From Prevotella sp. (GTDB lineage Bacteria > Bacteroidota > Bacteroidia > Bacteroidales > Dysgonomonadaceae): a stretch of DNA of 64,000 bases. Positions 31,496 to 42,615 of the stretch are shown in pieces. The stretch covers positions 1-64,000 of the forward strand of contig JAITVV010000043.1 of NCBI GenBank assembly GCA_031285625.1, read 5' to 3'. Numbering within the stretch: position 1 is the stretch's first letter; each line of letters opens with the position of its first letter. Both the position numbers and the translations under genes were made by a program. The notes under the pieces are model-generated. The model was given only the letters and a program-made list of their open reading frames with translations. It was not told the origin of the DNA and made no database searches.

Positions 31496-34150
31496 CTATT
31501 GATTATCAGCTTCTAATTTCTTTATTTGCTCTTCTGCTTTATCTCTTAAATTTTGTCCCTGCTTTTTAGATTCATCTACTATCTTCTTACCAGCCGCCTC
31601 AGCAGCTTTCTTAGCAATAGGATTACTTCCTGCCTTTTCAACTAAAGCCTTGGACTGCTTTTCAGCTTCGGCCTCCAATTTCTTTGCAGCCGCATCCGCT
31701 TCTGTTCTCAGTTTCTCGATCTGCTTTGTTTTTTCTTCTGATAGTTTAGCTGATACATCCCCTCTTTTTTCACCACCTAACAGTTCATTTACAACTGATG
31801 AAGCAGCACCGGATACCAGCGATTTTGTATCCACTCCGATCTTAGGACTCGTAAATGTACCGCCAATAGTGATAGGCACAGCATTCACATAGTTATTTGC
31901 CATAGATTTAGGTAGAGTAACAGTACCCTTATAGTCGATGCTCTGATCCAGTCCTGTAGAACCTTCAAGCTTCATAACACCGCCATCTCCAAAATTCACA
32001 TTAAATGGTTTTGTATTTAGTTTTCCATTGTCAATAGAGAAAGGTAGGTTCAGATCTTTAGTAGAAAATGATTTTAAAGCATCTGTCTTCAATGCTGAAG
32101 ATAGTGCGGTCAGAGCCTCAACACCTTCAATTTTAAGATCATTTGTTTGTATAGCGCCACTACCTGTCAAAGCAGCCAGGGTTTGCATGATACTTTCTCC
32201 CAATGAAGTATTGAATTTCAAATTCATAGAATATGTGCCTGCTAGCTTCTCAAATATAGGGGCAAATTTCTGTACAGATTCAACAGACTTGAATGTCTCC
32301 GCAAAAGAAACTTTTGACAAAGCCAGGTCAAAGTCCACTTTAGGATTCTGTGGGTCAGAGGTATTGTATGTACCACTCACTTTACACGAGCCACCTAATG
32401 CATTAGCACCTACATTATTCAAAGTAAGGATTCCATTCTTAACAGTCATATTCCCGGCCATATTTGTGATGTTCATCTTACCGTACACTATCTGGCTTAG
32501 AGCTGCGCTCAGCGTAAAATCTATATTCTTAGGTATTATTATATCCTCGGATGTTGTGGTCTCTGTTTCTTCCGTTCCGGCAGTCTCACTACTTATAAAA
32601 TCATTTGCATTCAGATAAGTTGATTTAATATTCAATTGTCCCTTCAGCGTCTGATCTTTCAATGCATAAGCAATAAAGTTCTCTAAACGCCCTGTTGCCG
32701 AGATATCGTTTTTGCCGATCTTTACATCCAGAGCCGGTAAGTTCACATAACGTGGAGTAAATTCCAAAGAAGCATTATTAATCAATACTTCGGGCATATC
32801 TGTAGCCTTATATACCATACTACTCAACTTAAGGTTACCCGAAGCGGATACATTCTCGTATTGTTCTTTTTCTATCGCAGACATTCTGGTTGCGATATTT
32901 ATATCGGCACTAATTTTACCATTCAACTCTGTACCCTTCTCCAGTGGATAAACTTCCTTGATCATACCCAGATCGATAGTACCGTTTGCATGTGCTTTCA
33001 GGTTAGGATCACTCATCGGAGTAGTGATATTCAGATTTCCACTAAACGGATTTCCAGCCAGATTAAACCCGAATTTGTTAATGTCAACTATCATATTATC
33101 AAGGGAACCACCTTTGCTGGCTATAGCCATATTAACATTGATATTATTAACCGATTTAGGCAAAGAGGGATATTGAAACATTGCATCGTTTACAATTATT
33201 TTCACATCAAATGCAGGATAATTATCTCCTTGCATCAGCCCTTTAATATATGCATCCAAAGAAGCCGTCCCGGATGTTTTTACATCTTTAAAATCAGAAG
33301 TATACATTGCAGGAACGAGTGACAATATATCTTTAAATTCGGTATTCGGAGCATTTAATTTCAAATCGAAATCCATGTCTTCATAATCTTTCCCGACCAT
33401 TGCAAAAGTTCCGTCTATGGACGCCTTCAAATCATTCAACTGTAATTTGCTTTCCTTAAAAGTAAATTTCATGTTATCCAGATTTGCACTGATTGACGCA
33501 TCTGCAATACCCTGAATTTTATTCAGATATGGAATTCCATCCATAATGAAGGTAACTTCGCCAATAGTGGAACTTGTATTCAATGTAGTTTCACTTGCTG
33601 AAAAATCTCCGGATATTTCACCATTCCATTTACTCAGCATCATCTTCATCTTCGTCGAATCATTCTGATAAATAACATTACAGTCATTTAATGATATCTT
33701 TTTCAGACTCATCTTAAATGGTGAAGATGCTTCAGTATCTGTTGTAGTTGTCGAATCGGCTTTCATTATATCCCAGTTAGTACGGCCGTCGGCCAAGACC
33801 TTAGCCAAAACGGATGCCTTATCCAGGTTTATTTTAGAAATGTTGTATTCACTACCAAACAAGCTCATCAGATCAATTGTTACACTAGCTGATTTAGCCT
33901 GTAACAATGTGTCTTTCTCAAAATCTCCAATCCCGACAACTGTTGTATTATCTAAAGAAAGTGTTGCATTAGGGAAGTTTGAGAATAAATTCAGCCCGAA
34001 ATCCTGAATATTTACCGTTGCATTTAATTGTTCATTTGCTGCATTCACTACAGCCGTTTTAATTTTGTCCTTAAAAATAAAAGGAACGGCAATCATTGCT
34101 ACTATCACAATAACAATAATAACACCAATAATGGTAAGTAGTTTTTTCAT
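31496..34150 (-). CDS. AsmA-family protein
   Basis: N-terminal TM anchor, beta-rich body, DGRTNWDI, VPITIGGTFTSPKI, C-terminal coiled coil. Confidence 0.9.
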   Translation of the reverse strand: MKKLLTIIGVIIVIVIVAMIAVPFIFKDKIKTAVVNAANEQLNATVNIQDFGLNLFSNFPNATLSLDNTTVVGIGDFEKDTLLQAKSASVTIDLMSLFGSEYNISKINLDKASVLAKVLADGRTNWDIMKADSTTTTDTEASSPFKMSLKKISLNDCNVIYQNDSTKMKMMLSKWNGEISGDFSASETTLNTSSTIGEVTFIMDGIPYLNKIQGIADASISANLDNMKFTFKESKLQLNDLKASIDGTFAMVGKDYEDMDFDLKLNAPNTEFKDILSLVPAMYTSDFKDVKTSGTASLDAYIKGLMQGDNYPAFDVKIIVNDAMFQYPSLPKSVNNINVNMAIASKGGSLDNMIVDINKFGFNLAGNPFSGNLNITTPMSDPNLKAHANGTIDLGMIKEVYPLEKGTELNGKISADINIATRMSAIEKEQYENVSASGNLKLSSMVYKATDMPEVLINNASLEFTPRYVNLPALDVKIGKNDISATGRLENFIAYALKDQTLKGQLNIKSTYLNANDFISSETAGTEETETTTSEDIIIPKNIDFTLSAALSQIVYGKMNITNMAGNMTVKNGILTLNNVGANALGGSCKVSGTYNTSDPQNPKVDFDLALSKVSFAETFKSVESVQKFAPIFEKLAGTYSMNLKFNTSLGESIMQTLAALTGSGAIQTNDLKIEGVEALTALSSALKTDALKSFSTKDLNLPFSIDNGKLNTKPFNVNFGDGGVMKLEGSTGLDQSIDYKGTVTLPKSMANNYVNAVPITIGGTFTSPKIGVDTKSLVSGAASSVVNELLGGEKRGDVSAKLSEEKTKQIEKLRTEADAAAKKLEAEAEKQSKALVEKAGSNPIAKKAAEAAGKKIVDESKKQGQNLRDKAEEQIKKLEADNQ

Positions 34151-34262
34151 AATTTTGTTTGTTTATGTAATTTGTCATTTGTCCTTACATTGTAAACGAA
34201 TTGTTCACAACTTTCTTATGTATGTGTTAAGAATAAGATGGAAAATATTATAAAAAGTTTAA

Positions 34263-35156
34263 TCACGATCTTATAAACCGGGCATATACACTTAGTGGCA
34301 GGTGCTTCCCCGACCTGTCCGGTACGATCAATTCGCCATACTGGCAATTATTGACATCCGGAAAATAATCTTTTATAAGATTTTCAGCAATTACAGCAGA
34401 GAAGCCCATCGAATATAAATTTAAAATAAGGAATGAGTGGGCTTTTTCCAGAAGTTCACCACAAAGGGACATCAACTCTGCTATATTCTCTTCCAAAATC
34501 CATTTTTCACCATCAGGACCTCGTCCATATGCAGGCGGATCAAGAATAATTCCGTTATACTTTTTACCTCTCTTCACCTCACGGCGGCAAAATTTCAATG
34601 CATCCTCTACAATCCAGCGTATATTATCTAAGCCGGATGTTTCCATGTTTTCACGTGACCATGTAATCACCTGCTTCACAGAATCGACATGAGTTACATC
34701 CGCACCTCCGCTTTTAGCTGCAATAGAAGCGCCACCTGTATATGCAAAGAGATTTAATACTTTCGGCTCCGGTGTATTCAGGTTTTGTATTGTATCATAT
34801 ATAAAATCCCAGTTTTCAGACTGCTCCGGGAAAATACCGACGTGTTTGAAAGAAGTTAATCCCAGACGAAATTTAAGCTTCATTGCCTTGTAGTGGTAAT
34901 CAATAAACCACTGGTCGGGCATTCCTTTCTTCTGTATCCATACCCCTTTGTCGTTTCCGTCTTGTGATACCTTTCCTTTCTCTTTCTTGAAAGCAGCATC
35001 CGCCCTCTCCCATTCTGCCTCGGACAATGACTTGCGCCATACAGCCTGAGGCTCCGGACGACGGATAACGTATTTACCAAAACGTTCCAGTTTTTCGTAA
35101 TCACCCGAATCTATCAGTTCATAATCCTTCCAATGTTGCGGCTTGAGTAGTTGCAT
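34263..35156 (-). CDS. class I SAM-dependent methyltransferase (RlmI/RlmK-like)
   Basis: YELIDSG..KLERFG, VLNLFAYTGG, ILDPPAYG; the track's TTG start lies inside a TAaaTTTG promoter element, so ATG 35156 is preferred. Confidence 0.9.
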   Translation of the reverse strand: MQLLKPQHWKDYELIDSGDYEKLERFGKYVIRRPEPQAVWRKSLSEAEWERADAAFKKEKGKVSQDGNDKGVWIQKKGMPDQWFIDYHYKAMKLKFRLGLTSFKHVGIFPEQSENWDFIYDTIQNLNTPEPKVLNLFAYTGGASIAAKSGGADVTHVDSVKQVITWSRENMETSGLDNIRWIVEDALKFCRREVKRGKKYNGIILDPPAYGRGPDGEKWILEENIAELMSLCGELLEKAHSFLILNLYSMGFSAVIAENLIKDYFPDVNNCQYGELIVPDRSGKHLPLSVYARFIRS

Positions 35157-35210
35157 TTGATCTTGTATTTTATTCGACTGCAAATTTAAGATGATTATAC
35201 TGAATAATCA

Positions 35211-35262
35211 AAAAGGTGACAAAAGTGACACTTTCCAGTACATTATTAAATGTTACTTTTTC
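35211..35262 (+). repeat. intergenic motif family 2, copy C
   Basis: AAAAGGTGACAAAAGTGACA-N20-TGTTACTTTTTC, abutting the stop codon at 35261. Confidence 0.8.
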
Positions 35263-36754
35263 ATTTCTTTTTAAGAAAAGCGCTAAGCAATTGTTTAGCA
35301 ATAGGTGCTAAAACCGTTGTAGCCATTCTGCTCCAAAAACGTTTATTCTCAGTTGCATTTTTCTGATCTATCTTTGCCTGCGCTTTTTGCGCCCTTTCAG
35401 CTTCTTTTTGAGCTTTAGCCTGCTCCTTAGCTTGTGCTGCCTGCTCTTTTTCGCTCAAAACACCTTGTAAACGCTCCGTGAGAATTTCGTATGCCGATTC
35501 CCTGTCGATAGCCTGAGCATAATGCCTGTACAGAATTGAACTTTCTGTCATCTTTGTTCGCTCCGATGCATCAAGCGGTCCTATCTGCCCTTCAGGAGGC
35601 AAAATATACGCTCTTTCAACCATATTCGGACGTCCTTTTTCATCTAAGAAAGAAACCAACGCTTCACCTGTTCCAAGATCAGAAATAGCCTGCTCAGTAT
35701 CAAACTTAGGATTAGCCCGGAAAGTTTGTGCTGCAACTTTCACAGCTTTCTGATCCTTTGGTGTATAAGCACGTAATGCATGTTGTACACGATTACCCAA
35801 CTGCCCTAATACAGAATCAGGAATATCAGCCGGAGTCTGAGATATAAAATAAATTCCAATCCCCTTTGAACGGATAAGGCGAACAACCTGCTCAATCTTT
35901 TCCAATAAAGCTTTTGGAGCATCTGTAAATAATAGATGAGCCTCATCAAAGAAGAATACCAGCTTAGGTTTATCCGGATCTCCCACTTCAGGCATTACTT
36001 CAAATAGTTTGGTCATCAGCCACATCAAGAATGTAGTGTATACCCTCGGGGAATTCATTAACTTATCTGATGCCAGTATATTTATTACCCCTTTCTCGCC
36101 TACAGTCTGTATAAGGTCATCTATATTCAAGTTAGGTTCTCCAAAGAAATTATCTGCACCATCATGTTCCAAAGCGATCAAGCCACGCTGAATAGCTCCG
36201 ATACTAGCTGTAGAAATATTTCCATAACTTGTAGTAAACCGACTGGCATTATTCCCCACATATTCGAGTAGTTTTTGTAAATCTTTAAGGTCAATAATCT
36301 CTAGTAATTCATCTTTCGCTATTTTGAATATAATAGTTAATACAGCCGACTGGGTATCATTCAACGACAAAAGGCGGCTTAACAGAAGTGGCCCCATATC
36401 GGCTACTGTAGCCCTGATAGGTGCCCCTTGCTCTCCAAATACATCCCAGAACTGAACGGGAAAAGCCTGAAATTTAAACCCTTTATCACTTAACTTATAC
36501 GATTCAACACGCTGTGTCACACTTTCTTTATTGCCTCCTATTGCGGCCACACCTGACAAATCACCTTTAACATCAGAAGCAAATACAGGCACTCCCATCT
36601 CGCTAAAGGTCTCAGCCAGCGTTTGCAATGTCACAGTTTTACCTGTTCCGGTTGCCCCTGTTATAAGTCCATGGCGATTAGCCATTTTAGGGACTAAACA
36701 GACTTCCTCTTCTGCCGAGATAGCTACAAAAGCCCTTTTTTCATTATCAAACAT
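35261..36754 (-). CDS. DUF853/YjgR HerA-like ATPase
   Basis: [48 protein letters not shown]. Confidence 0.92.
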   Translation of the reverse strand: MFDNEKRAFVAISAEEEVCLVPKMANRHGLITGATGTGKTVTLQTLAETFSEMGVPVFASDVKGDLSGVAAIGGNKESVTQRVESYKLSDKGFKFQAFPVQFWDVFGEQGAPIRATVADMGPLLLSRLLSLNDTQSAVLTIIFKIAKDELLEIIDLKDLQKLLEYVGNNASRFTTSYGNISTASIGAIQRGLIALEHDGADNFFGEPNLNIDDLIQTVGEKGVINILASDKLMNSPRVYTTFLMWLMTKLFEVMPEVGDPDKPKLVFFFDEAHLLFTDAPKALLEKIEQVVRLIRSKGIGIYFISQTPADIPDSVLGQLGNRVQHALRAYTPKDQKAVKVAAQTFRANPKFDTEQAISDLGTGEALVSFLDEKGRPNMVERAYILPPEGQIGPLDASERTKMTESSILYRHYAQAIDRESAYEILTERLQGVLSEKEQAAQAKEQAKAQKEAERAQKAQAKIDQKNATENKRFWSRMATTVLAPIAKQLLSAFLKKK

Positions 36755-36884
36755 TGGATTGTATTTTTAAGTTTGTTTTTATATAAATTATAACAGTAAA
36801 TAAGCAAAAAGGTTACAACTTTATCTTTATTCACCCAACAAAATAAGATTCTAATTTTAAGCAACATACAATTAATAAAAGATA

Positions 36885-36935
36885 AAAAGGTGACAAAGGT
36901 GACACTTATAATATACTTTTATACTGTTACCTTTT
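36885..36935 (+). repeat. intergenic motif family 2, copy D
   Basis: AAAAGGTGACAAAGGTGACA-N20-TGTTACCTTTT. Confidence 0.8.
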
Positions 36936-37061
36936 ATTGATATCTTATATCTTTATATAAGACAATTATAATAAATATTCGCGATAGAACATCTACGAAA
37001 TCAGCAACAAAAATAATGATTTATTGTAATTGTATTGAATAGAATCTGATAAAGCTTAACT

Positions 37062-38387
37062 TTGACAAAAAATAATCTGTTGATTACAAAAAATAATATA
37101 TGGGCGTGGGCTATAGACAACCCTGTGAAAACAATAATTATCGCAGGGGTAATTATCCGTTTAGTTCTGGCAATGGTGTATCAACATATAACTTTATATC
37201 CTGATTCCGAAGATTATTTTGTATTAGCTAAGAGGTTATTGGCTTCTGATCTGTCGGGTTATGAAGGCCAGCGTTCACCGGGATACCCTGTCTTACTCGC
37301 TATAAGCAATCTTTCACCAACCATTATTATTCTATTGCAGGGATACTTTGGTATCCTCACTCTTATTCTTTTCTATAAAACTTGTCTGACTTTAGATATA
37401 AGTAAAAAAATATCACTGATCGTTACATTGATACTAGCATTTTATCTCCCGACTATATTTTTCGAATTTTCGTTGTTATCTGAAACCTTAACGCTACTGT
37501 TTACCATATTGGTTTTCTATCTTTTCATCAACATATGGAAAAATAAATCGACCCATTATTTGCTACTCGGATTATCCTGCGGATACCTTGTATTAATTAA
37601 GCCTTTCTATATTTTTTTACCCACTATATTATTCATCCTTTTTTTCTTAAAAAACCTCTCGAACAGAAAACACTTACTTAGAGCAATATATATATTAATA
37701 ATTCCGGCTATTGTGTTTCTAGGCTGGTCTTATGTAAACAAAACAAATACAGGATATTTCACATCGACCACCTTCTATGGATTTAACCTTGCTCAGAACT
37801 GTGTTAGCTTTGCCGAGAAGACTACTCCCGAATATACCGAAATAGGAGAAATATATGCTAAATACCGGGATAACAGGATATCGGATAAAGAGATCGCAAT
37901 GACAATATGGCAAGCCTATCCCGAACTGGAAGAAAAAACAGGATTATCATTTCCTGACCTATCAAAAAAATTATATGATTATAGTATTACCACTATTAAA
38001 GAAAATCCAAGAGAATATATAAAGCAGGTATTTATCTCATGGCGCGATTTCTGGAAGACTTCTTTATATTGGGAATATGATAGCGTTGCTCTACCCTACG
38101 CAAATGATATCATACTCTATATTTGTTATGCTGAAAGGATTTTGCTTCAATTTGTGAAAATAATGTTTGTGCTGCTTATCCCATATAATATTATACGAAG
38201 TATCAGGAAGTGCAAATTAACAACTGCAACAATTATCTCACTGATTGTACTCATAGCTTCTGTTTTACAGGCACTTGCCACCTATGGCACAAATTCCAGG
38301 TTCAGCTTTCCTTTTGAAGTAGTGATTGTATTATCCGTTTTACTAAATATTATCGAATACAGAAAAAAATTGGCCATACATAATTGA
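37062..38387 (+). CDS. multi-pass membrane protein, GT-C fold (PMT_2/ArnT-like)
   Basis: YPDSEDY, RSPGYP, LLSETL, LIKP motifs; about 10 TM segments; start uncertain. Confidence 0.75.
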   Translation: MTKNNLLITKNNIWAWAIDNPVKTIIIAGVIIRLVLAMVYQHITLYPDSEDYFVLAKRLLASDLSGYEGQRSPGYPVLLAISNLSPTIIILLQGYFGILTLILFYKTCLTLDISKKISLIVTLILAFYLPTIFFEFSLLSETLTLLFTILVFYLFINIWKNKSTHYLLLGLSCGYLVLIKPFYIFLPTILFILFFLKNLSNRKHLLRAIYILIIPAIVFLGWSYVNKTNTGYFTSTTFYGFNLAQNCVSFAEKTTPEYTEIGEIYAKYRDNRISDKEIAMTIWQAYPELEEKTGLSFPDLSKKLYDYSITTIKENPREYIKQVFISWRDFWKTSLYWEYDSVALPYANDIILYICYAERILLQFVKIMFVLLIPYNIIRSIRKCKLTTATIISLIVLIASVLQALATYGTNSRFSFPFEVVIVLSVLLNIIEYRKKLAIHN

Positions 38388-38864
38388 TTATTCAGCCTTT
38401 AAATCTTCCACAGGATTCAACCCTACCTTCTCCATATATTTGAGTTGCTCGGCCAACATTTCATTTGAAATATCTATTGACTTATTATAAATCTGCGCTG
38501 CTACGTGTATTATAGAATCTTTCTTTTCCAGACGATCCAGATTTTGGTAATTAATAAATAAATCGGAAGCCTCCCCGCCTATAAGTGTAAAGTATTCATT
38601 TGCCTTTCTGTGAAATTCCTTTGCGGCATCACTCACTTCAAGACTATTCATATTTCCCATAACACGGGCTGTATTTTCTTTCAGGTTTTGAGGGCTTTGA
38701 TCAATCATATTACCCTTCAGCATACTTTCATATACTTTTTCATATTGCCTATTTATATCAAAAAAGTTTGCAGCGACTCTTTCATTATATGCATACTCTG
38801 GATTACCCGAACAAGCAGTTAGAATAACAACACTTAGAATAATGAACAAAGATTTGATTCTCAT
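38388..38864 (-). CDS. hypothetical lipoprotein
   Basis: MRIKSLFIILSVVILTAC lipobox; TAtaTTTG promoter just upstream. Confidence 0.75.
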   Translation of the reverse strand: MRIKSLFIILSVVILTACSGNPEYAYNERVAANFFDINRQYEKVYESMLKGNMIDQSPQNLKENTARVMGNMNSLEVSDAAKEFHRKANEYFTLIGGEASDLFINYQNLDRLEKKDSIIHVAAQIYNKSIDISNEMLAEQLKYMEKVGLNPVEDLKAE

Positions 38865-38927
38865 TTTGTGATTTATAATAACAATATGCGACAAATATAG
38901 GAAAAAGATAACTCAATCGACACTAAT

Positions 38928-39884
38928 ATGAAACATTTAGAATTTGCACTAGGTAAAGATAACCAGTTCTGGAAATACATCGTTGTCCTGATTACGACTC
39001 TTCTTGCATCTAATTTTATCGGTATCCTGCCATTTGTTATTACAGCATTTATTATAGGCACATCGAATGGACTGAGTATAATGGAAATCTCAGAAAATAT
39101 AATGAATGCCGAATATTTGGGAATGTCTTCCAATCTTAGCCTTTTCCTTATGCTAATAGCTTTTGTTATTGCATTTTTAACCCTTGTCATTTTAGTTAAG
39201 TTGCTGCATCGTCAATCGATATCCGAAATAATAAACGGAACAAAGAAAATACGCTGGAAGCGCATCTTCTGGGGAGCCAGTATATGGATCACAATATCAG
39301 CTATTTCGCTGGCAATTAGCTATATTTCAGATCCGGACAATTTTGTTCTGCAATTCGATATTGCTTCATTTATACCCTTATTTTTCATTGCTGTGATATT
39401 GATTCCCATCCAGACTTCATACGAAGAATTTTCTTTCAGGGGATATCTTGCACAGGGGATTGGCCGTATAACTAAAAACCGCTGGATAGTAATTATTATA
39501 CCATCAGTATTATTTGCACTTATGCATTTGACAAATCCGGAAGTGAAAGAATACGGAGTTCTGGTAATGATGCCTAATTATCTTATTGTTGGATTATTAT
39601 TCGGCTTGGTCAGTGTTTTGGATGATGGTATAGAATTGGCTTTAGGAATGCATGCAGCTAACAATGTATTTCTCGGACTTACAGCAACACATGCTTCATC
39701 AGCCATACAAACTCCTGCCATATTCAGTCTCAAAGAAGCCGATCCTATCTACGGTATAATAGAAATAACGATTTTCAGTCTTATTGTTATTGCTTTTTTC
39801 TACAAAAAATACAACTGGAACTTCTCTGTATTGAATAAAAAAATAGAATTAGATAAAACCGAACAGGATACAATATCTATGTAA
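38928..39884 (+). CDS. CPBP (CAAX/Abi) intramembrane metalloprotease
   Basis: EEFSFRGY, FALMH, HAANN. Confidence 0.92.
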   Translation: MKHLEFALGKDNQFWKYIVVLITTLLASNFIGILPFVITAFIIGTSNGLSIMEISENIMNAEYLGMSSNLSLFLMLIAFVIAFLTLVILVKLLHRQSISEIINGTKKIRWKRIFWGASIWITISAISLAISYISDPDNFVLQFDIASFIPLFFIAVILIPIQTSYEEFSFRGYLAQGIGRITKNRWIVIIIPSVLFALMHLTNPEVKEYGVLVMMPNYLIVGLLFGLVSVLDDGIELALGMHAANNVFLGLTATHASSAIQTPAIFSLKEADPIYGIIEITIFSLIVIAFFYKKYNWNFSVLNKKIELDKTEQDTISM

Positions 39885-39973
39885 TGTAAACCTCTAATGA
39901 TCGAAATTACAGGATAAATACAAATAAATGCAGTTAAATTAACTACTTTTGCATGTATAAAAAATAATTGATT

Positions 39974-41911
39974 GTGATTTCAGTAGAAGGACTGACAGTA
40001 GAATTTGGAGGTTTCACCCTCTTTGATGATATTTCATTTGTTGTAAACAAAAAGGAAAGGATTGCCCTTGTAGGAAAAAACGGAGCAGGGAAATCGACCA
40101 TGCTTAAAATATTTGCAGGACTACAACCTCCTACCCGTGGAAATGTTGCAGCCCCCAAAGATACAACTATAGGCTATCTGCCACAGCATATGACTCTTAA
40201 AGAGGGAAATACAGTTTTTGAAGAAGCATCATTGGCTTTTGCTCATATTCAGAAGCTGGAAGCAGAACTTGATTATGTGAATAAACAACTGGCAGAAAGA
40301 ACTGACTATGAATCTGAAGCCTACCATGACCTGATAGAAAAATCAAGTTATCTGAACGAACAATTCATGATGTCTGGAGGGAATAACTTTCAGGCAGAAA
40401 TAGAAAAAACATTAACCGGATTGGGTTTCAAGCGTACCGATTTTACTCGTCCGACAAGTGAATTCAGTGGTGGATGGCGAATGCGTATTGAGCTGGCAAA
40501 GCTTTTACTACAACGTCCGGATGTACTGCTTCTTGATGAACCGACCAACCATCTGGATATAGAATCTATACAGTGGCTCGAAACATTCCTTGCTACCAGA
40601 GCCAACGCTGTAGTATTGGTCTCTCACGACCGGGCATTTCTTGATGCGGTTACACAACATACTATAGAAATCTCGCTTGGGCGTATCTACGATTATAAAG
40701 TACCATATACTAAATATGTGGAACTACGAAAGGAGCACCGCGAACAACAAATGCGTGCTTTCGAGAACCAGCAGAAGCAAATACAGAAAACAGAAGAATT
40801 TATTGAACGCTTTCGTTACAAAGCGACCAAAGCAGTGCAGGTACAATCCCGTATAAAGCAGCTTGATAAACTGGAACGGCTGGAAGTAGACGATGAAGAT
40901 AATGCTATGCTTAATCTTAAATTTCCACCAGCACCCCGTTCAGGATCCTATCCTGTAATTGCAGAAAATGTAGAAAAAAGCTATGGAGATCATCTGATAT
41001 TTAAAAATGTAACCCTTACAATTCACAGGGGTGACAAAGTAGCTTTTGTAGGGAAGAACGGAGAAGGTAAATCAACTCTGGTGAAATGTATAATGAATGA
41101 AATAGACTTCAAAGGAAAGTTGGAGTTAGGGCATAATGTCAAAATAGGATACTTTGCACAAAATCAGGCTCAGCTATTAGATGAAAATCTTACTGTTTTT
41201 GACACAATAGATTATGTAGCTGTAGGCGACATTCGTACTAAGATAAGGGATATTCTCGGAGCATTTATGTTCGGCGGTGAAGCTTCTGACAAAAAAGTAA
41301 AAGTACTTTCCGGAGGAGAACGCAGCCGCCTGGCAATGATACGTTTATTGCTTGAACCTGTAAACCTGCTTATTCTCGATGAGCCCACAAATCATCTGGA
41401 TATGAGATCTAAAGATGTGCTAAAAAAAGCCATAAAAGAATTCGATGGAACTGTAATTGTGGTATCGCACGACCGTGATTTTCTCAATGGATTAGTAGAC
41501 AAAGTATATGAATTTGGGAATCAACAGGTAATAGAACACCTCGGCGGTATCTATGAGTTTCTGGAAAGAAAAAAGATGGATAGTCTGAAAGAACTGGAAG
41601 TCCCGGTAAATACTGCGAGTAAAGATATAGATAAGACGCCGGAAGAACCATTAAATAAACTCACCTACGAAGAGCGTAAAGAACTTAGTAGACAAATCAA
41701 ACGAGTAGAGAAACAAATTTCTGAAATTGAGCAGGCCATAGAAAATAAAGAATCTGAAATAGCCGATATTGAAGTAAAATTAGCCACTCCGGAAGGGTCA
41801 GCAGATACGTCTCTATTTGAAAAGCATGGGATAATGACCAAAGAGTTACAAGAGGACATGAATCGTTGGGAAGAGTTGACATTAGAACTGGAAAATCTAT
41901 CGAACTCCTAA
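39974..41911 (+). CDS. ABC-F family ATPase (YheS/YdiF-like)
   Basis: Two ABC domains (GKNGAGKST, FSGGWRMR, DEPTNHLD; GKNGEGKST, LSGGERSR), C-terminal coiled coil, no TM. Confidence 0.93.
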   Translation: MISVEGLTVEFGGFTLFDDISFVVNKKERIALVGKNGAGKSTMLKIFAGLQPPTRGNVAAPKDTTIGYLPQHMTLKEGNTVFEEASLAFAHIQKLEAELDYVNKQLAERTDYESEAYHDLIEKSSYLNEQFMMSGGNNFQAEIEKTLTGLGFKRTDFTRPTSEFSGGWRMRIELAKLLLQRPDVLLLDEPTNHLDIESIQWLETFLATRANAVVLVSHDRAFLDAVTQHTIEISLGRIYDYKVPYTKYVELRKEHREQQMRAFENQQKQIQKTEEFIERFRYKATKAVQVQSRIKQLDKLERLEVDDEDNAMLNLKFPPAPRSGSYPVIAENVEKSYGDHLIFKNVTLTIHRGDKVAFVGKNGEGKSTLVKCIMNEIDFKGKLELGHNVKIGYFAQNQAQLLDENLTVFDTIDYVAVGDIRTKIRDILGAFMFGGEASDKKVKVLSGGERSRLAMIRLLLEPVNLLILDEPTNHLDMRSKDVLKKAIKEFDGTVIVVSHDRDFLNGLVDKVYEFGNQQVIEHLGGIYEFLERKKMDSLKELEVPVNTASKDIDKTPEEPLNKLTYEERKELSRQIKRVEKQISEIEQAIENKESEIADIEVKLATPEGSADTSLFEKHGIMTKELQEDMNRWEELTLELENLSNS

Positions 41912-41927
41912 ATAAGACATATACCTT

Positions 41928-42596
41928 ATGAGAACTATATTATTAATATTTTTGTTATTTATCTCAATGTGTTTGACCGCTCAGGAAATAGATGAAAATA
42001 TACTTGAGAATAAGACCTATATAGAAAGAATGGCTTATTTCAAAACCAATCCTCTAAAAAAAGGACAGATTGTCTTTTTAGGCAACAGTCTGACTCAAGG
42101 AGGTAAATGGGACAAATTCTTTCCAACACAAAGTCCGGCAAACAGAGGAATTGCCGGAGACAATACATTGGGGATGTTGTACCGCCTACCTGAGATTATC
42201 ATTGCACAGCCACGCAAATTATTCCTCTTGGCTGGTATAAACGATATATCGCTGAACAGGTCGAACGAAAAGATAATGACAGGGATCAGATCTATTGTTT
42301 ATCAGATAAAAGCCGGTTCACCTTCTACCAGAATATATGTGCAAAGCTTATTCCCTATCAATAATGAGCCAAACAGATATAAACGAATGTTGGATAAAGA
42401 AAAGCAGATTGAAGAGTTAAATAAACAACTTCAAAAATTCTGTGCACAGGAAGGAATCATATTCATAAATATCTATCCAGCCTTTCTGGGAGGAAGCCTG
42501 AAAATGGATGCTAAATACACTACAGACGGTCTGCATCTGAATGATTCAGGATATAGTGTATGGGTAGATCAGATAAGGCAGTATGTTGAAGAATAA
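41928..42596 (+). CDS. SGNH/GDSL hydrolase
   Basis: FLGNSLT, NRGIAGD, GIND, DGLH. Confidence 0.92.
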   Translation: MRTILLIFLLFISMCLTAQEIDENILENKTYIERMAYFKTNPLKKGQIVFLGNSLTQGGKWDKFFPTQSPANRGIAGDNTLGMLYRLPEIIIAQPRKLFLLAGINDISLNRSNEKIMTGIRSIVYQIKAGSPSTRIYVQSLFPINNEPNRYKRMLDKEKQIEELNKQLQKFCAQEGIIFINIYPAFLGGSLKMDAKYTTDGLHLNDSGYSVWVDQIRQYVEE

Positions 42597-42615
42597 CTTA
42601 ATATTTATATAATGT

